From NCBI GenBank assembly GCA_043228905.1, contig JBHGNT010000002.1, forward strand, positions 8,246,001 to 8,310,000: DNA of 64,000 bases. Direction: 5' to 3'. A program made the translations under genes and the position numbers. Below, one piece after another: positions 37,187 to 49,912 of this stretch. The notes beneath the pieces were generated by a model. The model was not told where the DNA came from. It saw only the letters and a list, made by a program, of their open reading frames with translations, and ran no database searches. How positions within the stretch are numbered: the first letter of the stretch is position 1; the number at the start of each line of letters is the position of its first letter. Source of the stretch: Azolla caroliniana (lineage: Eukaryota; Plantae; Polypodiophyta).

Positions 37187-39102
37187 TAAACCCTAAACCC
37201 TAAACGTACATGACAATTATTAAGGCATAGGCAGTGCTAAATTTTTGGGTGCCAAAATAGAGACAACACTCCAGTAGTAACGTTGAAGCGTGTATTAAAA
37301 TTTTCATTTGATTGTCTACACATTAACACTAAATCAAGAAGTTAAACACATATATACAAATGGAGTACTAATAATCTATACAGTACACACATTGATAGCC
37401 CTCCATACATGCAGTCCAGACAACCATCAACCATAGAAACATGATTGTTGTTGTATAATCCCCTCCAATAAAGCAAATACTCCCCAATATCTACAAATGT
37501 CTCCTTCAGTCCCACTATAAGTTTTGGACATGTAGCTTATGTGGTTCTCTGATCTCCAAACGACGACGTCCTATATTCTCATCTAGAGGGGGGCGATGAA
37601 TATGGGTTATCGAAAGGTTAAAAACTTGCCCCTTCCGCACAAGCTTTCTATGGATGATGGCCCTTCTTATTTTATTTTGTTCCGATGACAACACACTAGA
37701 TCCAAGCTTTGCTCCTGGTGTAGATCAAGCCTCATCATCTTCTGTTGAACTTGATGACTCAAAATCTGACATTCTTGTCACCTTCTTTTTTTGAGGCCTG
37801 AACTACACACCCGATTTCTTTATTGGTGCTTTAACAGGCGATAAATCAAATTATTAAACATAGCCTTGAATGTATAGCCTCAGTGTTGTTATCAGGTTGG
37901 TACTTGTCTCAACAACATTCCGGAAGGATTCTGGCCCGCATGAATCCTTCAACAAGTAGCCTTCAGAGACGATCATCTTACGGACTCCTTTTGTACAGTT
38001 GACTAACACAATCAAATTAGTTGAGTCCGCGTCTTCATAGTCAAGTCGTAAAATTTTGCCATAGCTAAATGGCCGATCTTGGGCAAGCATCCCACGTCCA
38101 GCCAGTCTAGAAACTAAGAGTACTACCTTCTTTTTCGAGTTGACATATTGCAATGCCCACTTGTGTCCAGTTAAGTCTCTGTCCAGCTGGTATTCACCTC
38201 CTCCAGTCATGACAGATGTCTTCTAACTAACTTTGTCAGACGGCTACCTCACAACTTCATCCTCAAACACAAGTTTCTTTCCCTTTTGCAGATACGTGAC
38301 AACAGGGATCTTTGTTGTCTCTGGAGGAGAGCTTTGATACTTAATCCGGATTCTTTTGAGTGGCCTCTCCTCCATAGGATCAGTCGACCTACATGAAATA
38401 ATAGAACAGTGAACCTAAACCTACATTCTTTCAAATGATAATGTATTGTAAGATGGTAAGGTTTGGAAAATGAGAATTCAAAAAATAGTTTGGCCTCATT
38501 AAGCTCTTGCCTAACAACTTGTGTAAGGGACCTACTTAAAGGGTGTAGTAATAAGGTCAAAAACCTAGTAAGAGGCACTGGAAAGGGAGTTCAGATAACG
38601 GAATAGTGAAACCTAAACCTATATCCTCCTAACTGGCAATGGTAGTAAGGTAGTAAGGTGGTATGGTAATGTTTTGGCCTGTCTTCAGTCTTACAATATG
38701 CACATTCCTAGTAAATGAAGGTGGTATGGTGTGCCAAATTAGCAATCCAATAATGTTTTGGCCTCATTTTAGTGTTACAATAAGCACATTCCTAGTAAGT
38801 CGTGTAAAGGACTTGTAGGATGGGGGAAACAGGGTTAGAAACCTAGGAACTTGATTACAGGGCAAGATAAATGTATATCTAACATCTCTGAGTTCTCTAA
38901 ACCCTCAAATTACTAGAATTTTGACATCCCCATCAGTGTCCAGATCTCAAATTGCAGGCCAAATTCTACTGTATTTTGACCTTAATTCAAAATGTCTAAA
39001 CATGTTTTTACTTCTTATTTTTAGCCTAATGTTTGCTTTCGTGTTTCTGATGGTGTAATGTACATTAATAGTGTGTTCTAACTGCCCCAGTGGCTCTGTG
39101 AC

Positions 39103-39222
39103 CCTCAACTTGATACGGCGTATCGAGTTGTGGCCTTAGGAGCCTCAACTTGATACGGCGTATCGAGTTGTGGCCTTAGGAGCCTCAACTCGATACGATG
39201 TATCGGTTTTGGCGTTAGGAGC
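39103..39222. repeat. 40-bp tandem repeat (3 copies), each with an internal palindrome
   Basis: CCTCAACTTGATACGGCGTATCGAGTTGTGGCCTTAGGAG at 39103, 39143 and (degenerate) 39183. Confidence 0.85.
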
Positions 39223-39233
39223 TAAATAAGAAC

Positions 39234-40556
39234 TTGATAGGGCGTACAGAGACAGTGATAGAGAAGGAGCTAAATAAGAAATTGTTACAAGATCACCGAG
39301 ATGCCCAAGCATTAGAGCGAAAAGTAACTATGCACCATAGGGAAAAGTCGATAAACAATCCAACTAACTACATGTGTTTAATGATAGATGGAATGGACCA
39401 AAAGACGACATGTCTACCTCATCTTAAACGCCTTCCTAAAGATGTCAACGATGATTGTCTCGTGCAAATGCACTTGGTGGGTTGTTTAGCATATAATGGA
39501 AGTGTTAAGCCTCATGTCTTCGTTACCTACCCGAATGTCCACAATGACCCTAATTTAACAGTCATTGTGATTCAAAAAGTTTTTATGTCTTGGGGGCAGT
39601 CTTTGCCGCCGGTTTTATATATTCAACTAGAGAATATTGCTCGTGGAAATAAAAATTCTACGGTCTTTGGTTATCTAAGTATGTTGGTGAACCAAGGAAT
39701 TTTTAGGAAAGTGAAAGTTAACTTTTTATTGGTTGGTCACACACATGACCATATCGATCAAATGCTTAGTAACTTCTCTAGGCAGTTATCACGATATGAT
39801 GCTTTCACGTTAGCTAAGTTGTTCGACATCATTCGTGATGCATATACGCCACGCCCAATCGTGGAACACTTGAAGGAGATATATGATTTCAAGAGATACA
39901 TCTCAGATGGTGGTGAGCGAAATGCCAAAGTGTTAGTGCCATTAAATAATATAAGTTTCAACCACGTATTCTTAATAAATAAAAATGATCATAGTGGCTA
40001 TACGTTATTATATGCAAAGTAGTATTCATCCTCCCCCAAATGGGAGCCTGAAGGCGGGTGTCAGTTTCTACTTCATATGCCTTCTACTTTTGCTTATGGT
40101 GCAAGACAAATGCCGATTGAGACTAAAAAAGTGGTCACCAATGTACTAGCTGATAATCAAAAGGATGTTTGGATGTAAGCGCTACAAGACAAACTCAAGC
40201 ACATTGAGAATGCGAAGAAGTATGCTGGGGAACAAGACACGTCATGGTGGGATGTGCTCTTTACAGATCAAGAACAAATTGTTGACAATTGTGTCCTTGG
40301 TACTTCGACCGTGCAAATCCCCTTCACATGGAATATACAACAATGTCGTAATTCTCAGACTTCTCCTCTCGCACCTAATGCAATTAATGATAGCTTGCTC
40401 CATCCACCAGAAAGGGACATATATGTTGGACCCATGCTAACGAAAATAGCGGAAACGAGGTGGCAAGGAAACTTGCAAGAATTGAAGGTGGGTATGTTAA
40501 TTGTTACACCTGCTGATGATAATGAGCTGGGACATCAATTTTGGATTGGTAAGTGA
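39234..40556 (+). pseudogene. DNA transposase remnant, Sola-like DDD family
   Basis: Motifs IDGMDQ..LP, YIQLENIARGNKN (typically QLDN..RENKN) and FLLVGHTHDHIDQM. Stops after 40022. The superfamily assignment is from motif recall. Confidence 0.6.
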
Positions 40557-40968
40557 TAGGGTGTATAAGACAGATGATAGTCGTACAAAATATGGGGGCT
40601 TGACCAAATCGATTAGATAGAGTTGTGAATTATAATAGATTATATAGATCTAGGTAACTACGATTTAGAGAGGAAAACTCAAGAAATTAAGATAAAAGGT
40701 AGGGAAGATGAGAAAGAGATAAGAATGTTATAATATCCCACTTCAAGTCAATACAAAGAGGATAAACTCCACAATGAACTTAAAAACCAAAGACCTTCTT
40801 ACTACCCATCACTCAAACCCACTACTAAGAACCATCTTTTACCATTAAGATACCTCTTCCTAAGACTCCCCTCCTCTATTAGGACCCCTTCTCTATTATA
40901 ATTTTCTTCTTCCTCCTCGTTCACGCTATTTTTAGAAGCCTTCGAACATCGCCATCAGAAGTGCCCTG

Positions 40969-42690
40969 ATGCAATGCACACCCCCGAATTGGTATAGGCC
41001 CGTGTACTACGCCAACCGACGGCTCTCAACCGCGGAAAAGAATTACTCCGCCACCGAGAGGGAGGCCCTCGATATGATTTATAGCATCAATAAATTCCGG
41101 CATTACCTCTTGGGCCGAAAATTTACCTTTGACGTGGATCACTCGGCCCTTCTTTATTTGGTCAATAAACAAGCCCTCACCGGACGGTTGGCTCGGTGGA
41201 TGCTCCTACTCCAAGAGTTTGATTTCCAGATTCAGCATCGACCCGGGGTACAACATGTTGTCGCCGACTACTTGAGCCGTCTTGAGTCAGGGGAACCGGC
41301 GAAAACAACGTACGACGAGCTACCGGACGCCAGCCTATTTAACCTGACCACGATGCCAGACGATAACGAAGATGAATGGATCACGGAGATGACCCATTTT
41401 CTCACTACCGGTTTACCTCCTGAGCACATGCCCCTTGACACGAGAAAACGCCTAGCAGTGCATAGCCGGAATTTTTGCCTCGTCTCGGACATTCTCTACC
41501 ACAAAGGCTCGGATGGCATATGGCGTCGAGCGATTCGGCAATTCAAGAAGAACGCCGTTCTTCAGGAGGCCCACCAGGGAGTAGCTGGGGGGCAGTACGC
41601 CGGGGATTCCACGGCAAGGAAAGTTTGGCAAAGTGGATTGTGGTGGCCGACAACGAAGAGAGATGCTCACGAGTTTTGCCGGCAGTGCGATTTGTGCCAA
41701 CGACTGGGGCAACCAATGGAACAGTCACGCATGCCACACCAGCCATATCTTCCATTGGACCCATTTCAAAAATGGGGTTTGGATTTTGTAGGCCCTTTCA
41801 AACCACCTGCGGCCCGCACAGGGAATAGGTATATTATCGTTGCCACGGATTACTGCACCAAATAGGTCGAGGCTAAGGCACTCCGAGACAACACGGCGGC
41901 ATCCACGGCTAAATTCGTGTACGAGCACCTCTAGTGCCGTTACGGATGCCCAATCGAGCTCGTTAGTGACCAAGGTGGGCACTTCATCAATCGTATAATA
42001 CGTGAGCTTACACACCACTACGCGGTGGTGCACAAGAAAAGCACACCATACTACCCGCAGGCGAACGGCTTGGCGGAATCAACCAATAAAATCCTCCAAA
42101 CCATACTGAAGAAGATCATCAATGAAAACAGGACCGATTGGGATGACAAACTCCAGAGCGCGTTGTGGGCGTATCGTACGACTTTCAAAACAAGCATCCA
42201 ATCAACCCCCTTTCGAATGGCGTTCGGGTTAGAAGCCGTAATGCCCGTCGAGTTCCAAGTCCCGAGCCTCCGAGTTCAAATCAAAGCACGGCTCCCCGAG
42301 GCCCAATCCGAGCAATACCGGCTGGAACAACTCCTCAAACTCGGCGAAGAAAGGATAGAGAGTATGGCCCAGCTCGAACAACACCAACGACAACGCAAGG
42401 CTTTCGTGGATCAACATCGACACGGGCTGGAAAAGGAGCTCACCATCGGCAAACCGGTTCTTCTTTTTCAAACACGACTCGGGTCTATGCCGGGAAAATT
42501 AAGATTTCGGTGGACCGGTCCATTCTGGATTATCGACGAGTTCAACGGGACGTTCCAGCTCGGCACACTCGCCGGCGACATTGTCAAAAGCTGGGCCAAT
42601 GGTTTCCGACTTCGACCATATCGAGGCACTACACCACCCAACCTGTTTCGGGAAACCACCACAGAGGAGGCCACGTGTCCCCCTGAATAA
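40969..42690 (+). pseudogene. Gypsy pol C-terminal part (RNase H and integrase)
   Basis: ORFs 40969-41865 and 42025-42690 are in frame, separated by stops, and closely similar to 17550-19808. Confidence 0.9.
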
Positions 42691-43212
42691 GGACTCACCC
42701 ACCTTCTTGAAATTAATAAAAGTAGTAGTAGGTAGGATTAACCATAGTTTAGCCACCGATTAGCTACACCTACACCACCCACCTAGGCACCCACAAATTT
42801 AGGAGCACCCCTCGCCACCACTCATTTAGTACCTATTTAAGCACATGCAAAGCACTAGAAGCACCCCACTCACCTTCAGGACACGTGGTGCTAGTCACTT
42901 ATTATGGCACCCACGACTCAGAATCTTCAGGATTCGCTTCAGGCACAAAACCCTAGGAGTAAGTTACTAAAACCGTTTCCAAAACGCAGCACAGACACAG
43001 AAGTTCATTATCGCTCCCAATCTCCATCGCTCTCAAGCTCAGAAACCCCGTCTCGCTCTCATCGCTCTAAACGCTCTTGCTCTCAAGCCCTCTCTCGCTC
43101 TCATAGCCCCTCTGTTGAACTTCCCCTTCCTGCTGTTCCTACTCTGTCTCGCCCTCGCCTCATCACTCTTCTTCATTCTTCCACACAGTCAAACCCCGTC
43201 TCCATCTCCACC

Positions 43213-46200
43213 ATGCCTCTTACTGCTTCAACAGAAACCCGCGCCTGGCTCCAGGAATGAGGAATGGGCGGTTACCTGAAGATCATCAATGCCCCCCCGC
43301 ACCCAGATGCCCAAGGTGTGGCTAAACGTATGTGTCCCGAAGCCATCACCAACAACGTGCTTCGGGCTGTTTTGGACCTGCAACGGGGAGGGGACCATGA
43401 GGTCGACATACCCCCGGCATCGAAGATGAAAGAGTACTTCGGTGAGTACTCAGCCTCAGGGAAGGCATATTGCACGTATGGCGGTCCCAACAAAGCTTTC
43501 GGGGAGATTGCTCGTATATTGATGGAGTATGCGTTCGTGCATACGAACCCGACGAGCATGCCGCAGAACAAGGCAGCCATCATCATCATCGCGTATGAAG
43601 GAAACAGAATCGATTGGGGAATCATCACAGGCGAAGGACTCCGCGCCGCCTTAGCTTCATTCTAGTCCGGTAAGAAGATGTTGTCTATTCTTACCCACTT
43701 TTTGATGGTTCTATACCCACCCTCTTCTCTTCCTTCCCCTCGCACACTCACATCCCCACCACCACCACGAAGGCAAAGAGAGAAATTCGTTGCCATCAGC
43801 CACGAAGCATGGGAGGAGCCCACATCGCCTTCACCTCCTGCCGCCGACAAAAACCTGGCATCTGCATCACCACCCACCCAACCCCAACAAAAAAGGGCAG
43901 TTTCCGAGACCTGCCAAGAATGGGAGGAGGAGATAGTTGCGGAGGACAACACGGCAGATGATGTCACCATTCGACAGCCAACGTCGCGCCCCTCGGTAAC
44001 TTCCCCGGGGCCTAGCCCACGCCCCAACACACAGCAGGCAGCACCACCACGACCCCAGAAAAGGAAACAGGCGGAGGAAACGACACTACCGGCCCAAGAA
44101 CCCCAAACACAGCCGAGCAAGGGAAGACGACTCAACCGCGAGTCCTCGGCAGAACAGAAAGAGCCACAACAGGAGCAAGCCTTAGTTGTCAGATGGAGCA
44201 ACCTGGCCATCATCCCTGAGGAGGCATCGCTGAACCAGGGAAAGATCGAGCATGGGCAGACAACGCAAATCTCAGAGGATGAAGTCCTCGGGTATAAAGA
44301 CCTCCCCACGGAGGCTTACGAATTTAGTGCGCTCCTACGCCTCGGTACCACATTCGAGCTGGTTGACTTCCTCGCTAGAGCCCAAGTCACGGCAGCCGCT
44401 CGAATGGCGGAAGAGCACGCCGAAACAAAAATGATTCAATGCGCGCTATTAGGTGAAATTGAGCCCCAGGACGACAGGGCTTTACAAAAAATAGGGAGAA
44501 AGAAGCAGGCAAAATAGGGAGAAAGATGCAGGCAAAATAGGCCGCTCTCCTCATGGAGGTCCCCGAGTTGAACACGGCCCTTATCAAGGCATATAGGGAC
44601 CTGGATCGCACTACTCGGGCAGCCAAAGACATGGCCCGAAAGATAAAAATAGCCCAAAAACAAGCTAAGATGGCTACGGAATTATGGCACGCTGCAAAAC
44701 AAAAGCTGGCAGCCTGGGAGCAAAACCGGCTGGAACAACAACCCTTGAGCCTTCCGGCCACGACCACCGAGGCCCTCCCAGCCCCTCCACACATAACAAT
44801 GATGGATGAAAGCACAGTCACAAATTCAATCCTGACGATTCAGGCTAGCACACAAACGGACTCGTTACAAATGGTCGATGCTTGCACAACAACCGAGGCG
44901 GCCACGCCCATGGAGAAGACCGAGATACCACCCCCTCGTCCACCCAAGGAGGTGGCAACCCAAACAGAACCCCCGCTCCGGGATTACCGAGCGGAGCTTA
45001 AAGAAGAACAACGACGAACCGAGAGACACGAACAACGGCATCAGGAGGCGATGGCTCGCCTAAAAGAAGAAGCTTCCAAGCCGATGGCCGAGATTAGAGC
45101 CCAGGCCGACCAAAGGATACACGAGCAAAATGAAGCACTGGGCCGGGTACAAGCGCAAGCTGCGGGCAAAGAAGCCGAACTCAAAAGCAAGCTGGAGGAA
45201 TACGCAGCCACAATGGCAAAGAAAGAGAAGGAGGTCCTAGACCTACAGGCCGCGCTCGACAATGCGAAAGACTGGAACCACCGGCTGGAGGAAAGAAATC
45301 GCCAACGAGAGGAGAGAATGATCGCGGAGAATGCCGAGCTGCAGAGTCAGCGTACGACCCTTAAAGAAATGGCTGACGAGTTTTTCATCAAATGCAAGCT
45401 ACTTTCGGAGCAAAAAGACGAATTATCTGATTCCTACTTCGCCCTACAAGAAGAGAGAATCGTCGAACAGGAACAAGTCTGGGCCGCGTGTCAAAAAGAA
45501 TGGGAGAAAGCTACCGAAGAACTCACCAAGCATTACGAGCAGTCTATCCAGCTCATAACCGCGGATGCAAAGAACACTCAAGCCACCTATGAACTACTAG
45601 CAAAGAAGCTTTAGGCCGAGGTCGATGGCTTAAAACAGGAATTAGCAGCCATCCGAGCACAGCCCGGCCTGGATGAGACACGCATCAAAATACTGATCGA
45701 GAAACAACGCCAACACCTTACCAAAAAGGTCGAGGAAACATTAAGTCGCGCAGGAGACGAATGGGCAGCCCAAGCTGCCGAATTGCATATTTTACGCGCC
45801 GACACCGAGAACCGACGGAAGGAGGGCCGCGGCTTTTACAAAATGGACGAAGCCAGCATACAAAACCTACGTGCAGATTTAACCGAGGATTACCAGTCCT
45901 TGGCAAAATCTCACACCGCGGCAATCGAGCAAATACTGGAGGACTTCAATGACGGTTAGATGTTGTTTCGCTTGGAAGCCGAAGCCTTCGAACGAGAACG
46001 ACTCGCAGCCATCCCAACCAGCCCTCCAACGGCCACAGAGCAAAAAGTGACAGGAACCCGTCGTTCCTTATGCGCGACGCTCGGCCACAACCGAGCGTAG
46101 AATGATACACAGAAAAACGGGAAATTAAAACACGACACAAAGGAGAGGAAGATACACAGGAGGTTTACGTGGAAAACCCAAAGAGGGAAAAACCACGGCA

Positions 46201-47084
46201 GCCCACAGGCTGCAAACTGTCACTATGTGAGAATGTACAACAGTGAGTTCACTGAGGCAACGACCTCGTGCTCACAGATCTTCGCCACACGTGGCGGTTA
46301 CAACAGAAGCAACAACCTCTTTCTCTCTCTCTCTCTCTGTACACTATTACGAGCTCACTCTTCTTCTTGCACCAACAAGGAAGAATAACACACGCAAAAA
46401 GTTTGCCCTAAGTCATATTTATACTAATATGACTTTTCGGCTATTTACAAATATAGCCTCGATGGGCTCTCAGAAACATATTTACGAATATGTCTCTTCC
46501 TCCGGTTCTCACCGGTTCTGTACCATCCGGCTCTCCGTAGCCGGGTACTCCTCATCCGGTTCACACCGGGCCTACACCATCCGGCTCTCCATAGCCGGGT
46601 ACTCCTCATCCGGTCTTCATCGGGCCTGCACCATCCGGCTCTCTGTAGCCGGGTACTCCTCATCCGGTCTTCACCGGGTCTGTATCATCCGGCTCTCCGT
46701 AGCCGGGTTCTCCGCATACCGTTTCGGCCTCGGCCGAGTTTGTTCGTCGGCACTGTTCTTCTCCCTTCCCATCCGGAGAGACCTGTCTCCCAACAGAAAG
46801 AAGAACCTTCCAGCGAGGGGATCACGGACACGGCACAGGAGGAACTTGCCCCGGCCAACAGACATCCCATGGACGCCCACACAGTACCAGACCTAGTCGA
46901 AGTAGAGGTCAACGCCCTCGAACCCACACCCCCACCAGAAGAATCGGCCGCACCTGAGGCGGATGCCCGAGAAGATATTACACCCCCGGACCAAACTCAA
47001 CCCCCCGCACCGACAGTCCAACCAGACCACCCTGCCACCACCCCAGACCCCGAAAACATCCTCGACATCTTAAAAGAGGAATGA
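43213..47084 (+). pseudogene. Extra ORF3 homolog, disrupted by stops, a 23-bp duplication frameshift (~44490) and an insertion (~46100-46795)
   Basis: Shares N-terminal, coiled-coil and C-terminal (ILDILKEE) motifs with 20247-23168. Confidence 0.8.
46100..46795 (-). mobile_element. Probable Copia solo LTR inserted in ORF3, containing a 54-bp tandem repeat (~46495-46712)
   Basis: TTTACGTGGAAAACCC..GGGAAAAACCACGG is typical of Copia LTR U5 read in reverse. Ends CAACA at 46795. A(C/T)CAT recurs at 46522, 46576, 46630 and 46684. No clean TSD found. Confidence 0.6.
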
Positions 47085-47141
47085 AACGAGGATCACGCCT
47101 AAAAGGCAATTTTTGTAATATTGTTAGTATTTTTGTAAGTC

Positions 47142-47181
47142 GTGGGTCCGACGGACAAGGTCTAGTCCCACAGGCGTGCCA
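47142..47181 (+). other. tRNA-3'-end mimic / inverted PBS in the PPT position (second copy)
   Basis: GTGGGTCCGA-CGGACAAGGTCTAG-TCCCACAGGCGTGCCA ends 2 nt before the LTR TG at 47184. Confidence 0.75.
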
Positions 47182-47639
47182 GGTGTTGTCCAGAGGATAG
47201 AAATGTAAAATTAGGAAATTAGCAAACGTTGAGTCCGAGTATCACGGGCCACTAACGGCTCGGTTGTGTATTAGGGGAAACGTTATTTAAACGAGGACCA
47301 GTACTTCAGAGAGAGAGAAGAAAAATATAGGCGGAAGCACTAGCTAAGTCCCTCGTAACTAGATAATCTTGTAAGGTCACCGACCGTATGCTGTGTTCTA
47401 TAATCCTTTTTCTGTCGCAGTAATATATCTTATTTGTGCCCAGTTTGCTCCATGTGTCTGTGCTTTGATTCATACCTATGATTTCAGCGCCGCCCACGCC
47501 TATCAAGATCTCGCTAGTGTTTTATCTCTGAGCATTGTCTCTCTCACGACGCCTCTGTTACGAGCCTTCACGTACCATGCCCTTGAATACCGATAGTCGC
47601 AAATCTATCGAAGGTGTTCACCCACAGGAACGGGTAACA

Positions 47640-48825
47640 CGTACTTTGACGCCATGCCCTCAAGATAGACCTACACCCTCTCATCTTCCTCAACGGTCAC
47701 GTTGATAGAGGCAAGTGAATCACATATGTCTTTAATCCGGGCTGTGTAGTCAGCCACCGACATGTCCTTCTATTGGACATTGCTCAACTCATATCGGAGT
47801 TGCAGCTTCTAGGCCGTGGTGCTTGCGGCGAAGACCTTTTTCAGGTTTCCCCAAGCTTCCTTTGGCGCCTTGGCATCCCGGATATGGCTAAGCAACTGAT
47901 CATCGGCGTAGTCAGCCACCGACATGTCCTTCTATTGGACATTGCTCAACTCATATCGGAGTTGCAGCTTCTAGGCCGTGGTGCTTGCGGCGAAGACCTT
48001 TTTCAGGTTTCCCCAAGCTTCCTTTGGCGCCTTGGCATCCCGGATATGGCTAAGCAACTGATCATCGGCATTGGACACAAAGCAGTACATTACCCTGCTT
48101 GTTGCTTGTTCCCAAGCCGGAAAGTTCTTATGTGTCGCATTCGGTGTTGTATCATTCGCTCCGTCAACATAACTCCAATAGTCATGCCCAAGCAGGTACT
48201 GGTACATCTTGTACGACCAAGATGTGTAGTTGGATCTGTCGAGCTTCTCCATTGGGAGCGAGCTAGCCATTCCTCGGTCCATTCTCTCCTTGTTTGTTTC
48301 TTTGACCGGAAATTAGGTTTTCGCCTACCTAACGGTTTCTGTTAGCGGTAGAGGATTTCTAACCCTCACGATCTGATACCATGTGAAAATGGTAGTGTGC
48401 AGAAGCTAAGACAATCGGCTCGTTTGGATAGAACATACCATAGAAAAACAAAGATGAAGGTTTAATGGAAACCTTAAACACACATACGTGGGAGAGACAT
48501 AGAGAGTAGAAAGCAAAACCTTAATTTCAAAATAATACTTTGTACATAAGAATGTGCTTAGAGAGCGCTTTTGTACAAGCCCTTACACGAATTGACACAA
48601 GTACTATAAGTACTTGGATGCTCATAAATGAGCCTCTACACTAAGTCCAAGGAATATGCCTACATACTAGGCTCAAATTGTAGGCCTCTAACGGCCTATT
48701 GGTTCACACTATTCCAAAGTATGATCCGGTTCTCCGGTTCTTCGGTTTCCGGATACCGATCCGAATATGATCCAACTCTGGCTTATTCAGCTAATCCGGA
48801 TCCGGTTGAGTTTGTCTGTTCAACA
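47640..48825 (-). mobile_element. 5' part of a Copia (family A relative): 5' LTR 48382-48825, PBS 48371-48381, gag fragment with a 162-bp tandem duplication
   Basis: TGTTGAACAGAC start on the minus strand, TGGTATCAGAT PBS, MASSLPMEKLDRSNYTSW. Duplication at 47746-47907 / 47908-48069. Confidence 0.85.
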
Positions 48826-49486
48826 GTATGCAACTAAAGTTATCTTCTTAGGGCACATGGTGTGAACAAAATGTCAAGCCATTCACATTTCCTTCATTTG
48901 AACCATTGAAATGCACATAATACCTCAACATGATTATATAACAATATATATTGCATAATAAATATAACAATTAACTTCCTAAATTATGCAATATATATTA
49001 TTAATCCCAAGTTTTAACTTTGAACCCTAACCATTTTCTTTAAATATTAGTTTCCTTTTGAGTTTAAAAAACTAATCCTTTTTTAAAATGTTGGAAATTG
49101 AGTACACAATTGCCAATAATTTAATTTGAGCTTGAAAATTCTTTAAATGGTTTGGATTGAAGGGCTTTGGTTTAAAGTTTTATGACTTACTTTGGTGCAA
49201 TTTGAGTTTCCAAATTTTTAAACAATTGGTTTGAGAATCCCAAACTGAAGTGAACTCAATTATTGCCGATTGCTACATCAACAACTCATGCATTTTCTAC
49301 AATAAACCATCCCATCTAGATTATCAAGTGTAATTGTCCTTACAACATGAACAAAGGAATCATATGAGGTTGACGTTCAATACTAAAAAAATATTTATTT
49401 TATTTTATTTTTCCAAAAAAAAACTCATTCCAATAATAGAATTATTATGATCATTTTATTCCTTGTGGTATAAATGCTGGAAACTC

Positions 49487-49912
49487 TGTTGAGAGACAAG
49501 CTCAACATTCAGTGCGTAATCGGGTGTGTAACCCAGTGCGTAAACTAGGTGCGTAAAACCGTGCGCGCAATAGGCCATAGCGATGCGGAAACCGCGAGGC
49601 CGTTAGAAAGATATTCCTCGAAAGGAATAATTTTGGGAGTGAGTGTAGCGGCTCATTTATGAGCGTCAAGTATTGTCAGTACTTGTGTCAGCCCGATTGT
49701 CAGGGCTTGTATAAAAGGAGCTCACTGAGCATGGTGTATGTACACAGAACAGAGTGTCATTATTTTCAATCTAAGTTTTTTGTTGTCTGCTCTCTCTCTC
49801 TTCATCTCCATCTCTATCTCTGCGTTTTTTGTGTTTTACTGAATTGTCTTATTCCTCCGAATTGTGTACTCTGTGTTTTCGCACACACTTCCACACAACG
49901 TATTCTTTTACA
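49487..49912 (+). mobile_element. Solo LTR of Copia family A
   Basis: TGTTGAGAGACAAG...TTTTACA, homologous to 27386-27830. Flanks AACTC / ATCTC form a 4/5 TSD. Confidence 0.85.

Larger units (their letters stand above)
40950..47639 (+). mobile_element. 5'-truncated non-chromovirus Ty3/Gypsy related to 13573-23608 (RNase H-INT, ORF3, 3' LTR 47184-47639)
   Basis: WYRPVYYA, NYSATERE, WGLDFVGPFKPP, GKLRFRWTGPF. The LTR TGTTGTCC...GGTAACA is followed directly by Copia gag sequence. Confidence 0.85.

Noticed and set aside
39103-39222. CRISPR-like palindromic repeats
   Set aside because: No unique spacers, no cas genes, eukaryotic context.
40557-40945. LTR fragment related to the tandem element's LTR (minus strand)
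   Set aside because: Similarity is limited to a short motif (TCTAAAAATAGCGTG); too weak to call without an alignment.
46243-46896. 217-aa ORF with 18-aa repeats
   Set aside because: A by-product of the 54-bp tandem repeat in a probable solo LTR; non-ATG start.
47773-48345. 190-aa plus-strand ORF with an internal repeat
   Set aside because: Antisense shadow of Copia gag carrying a 162-bp duplication.
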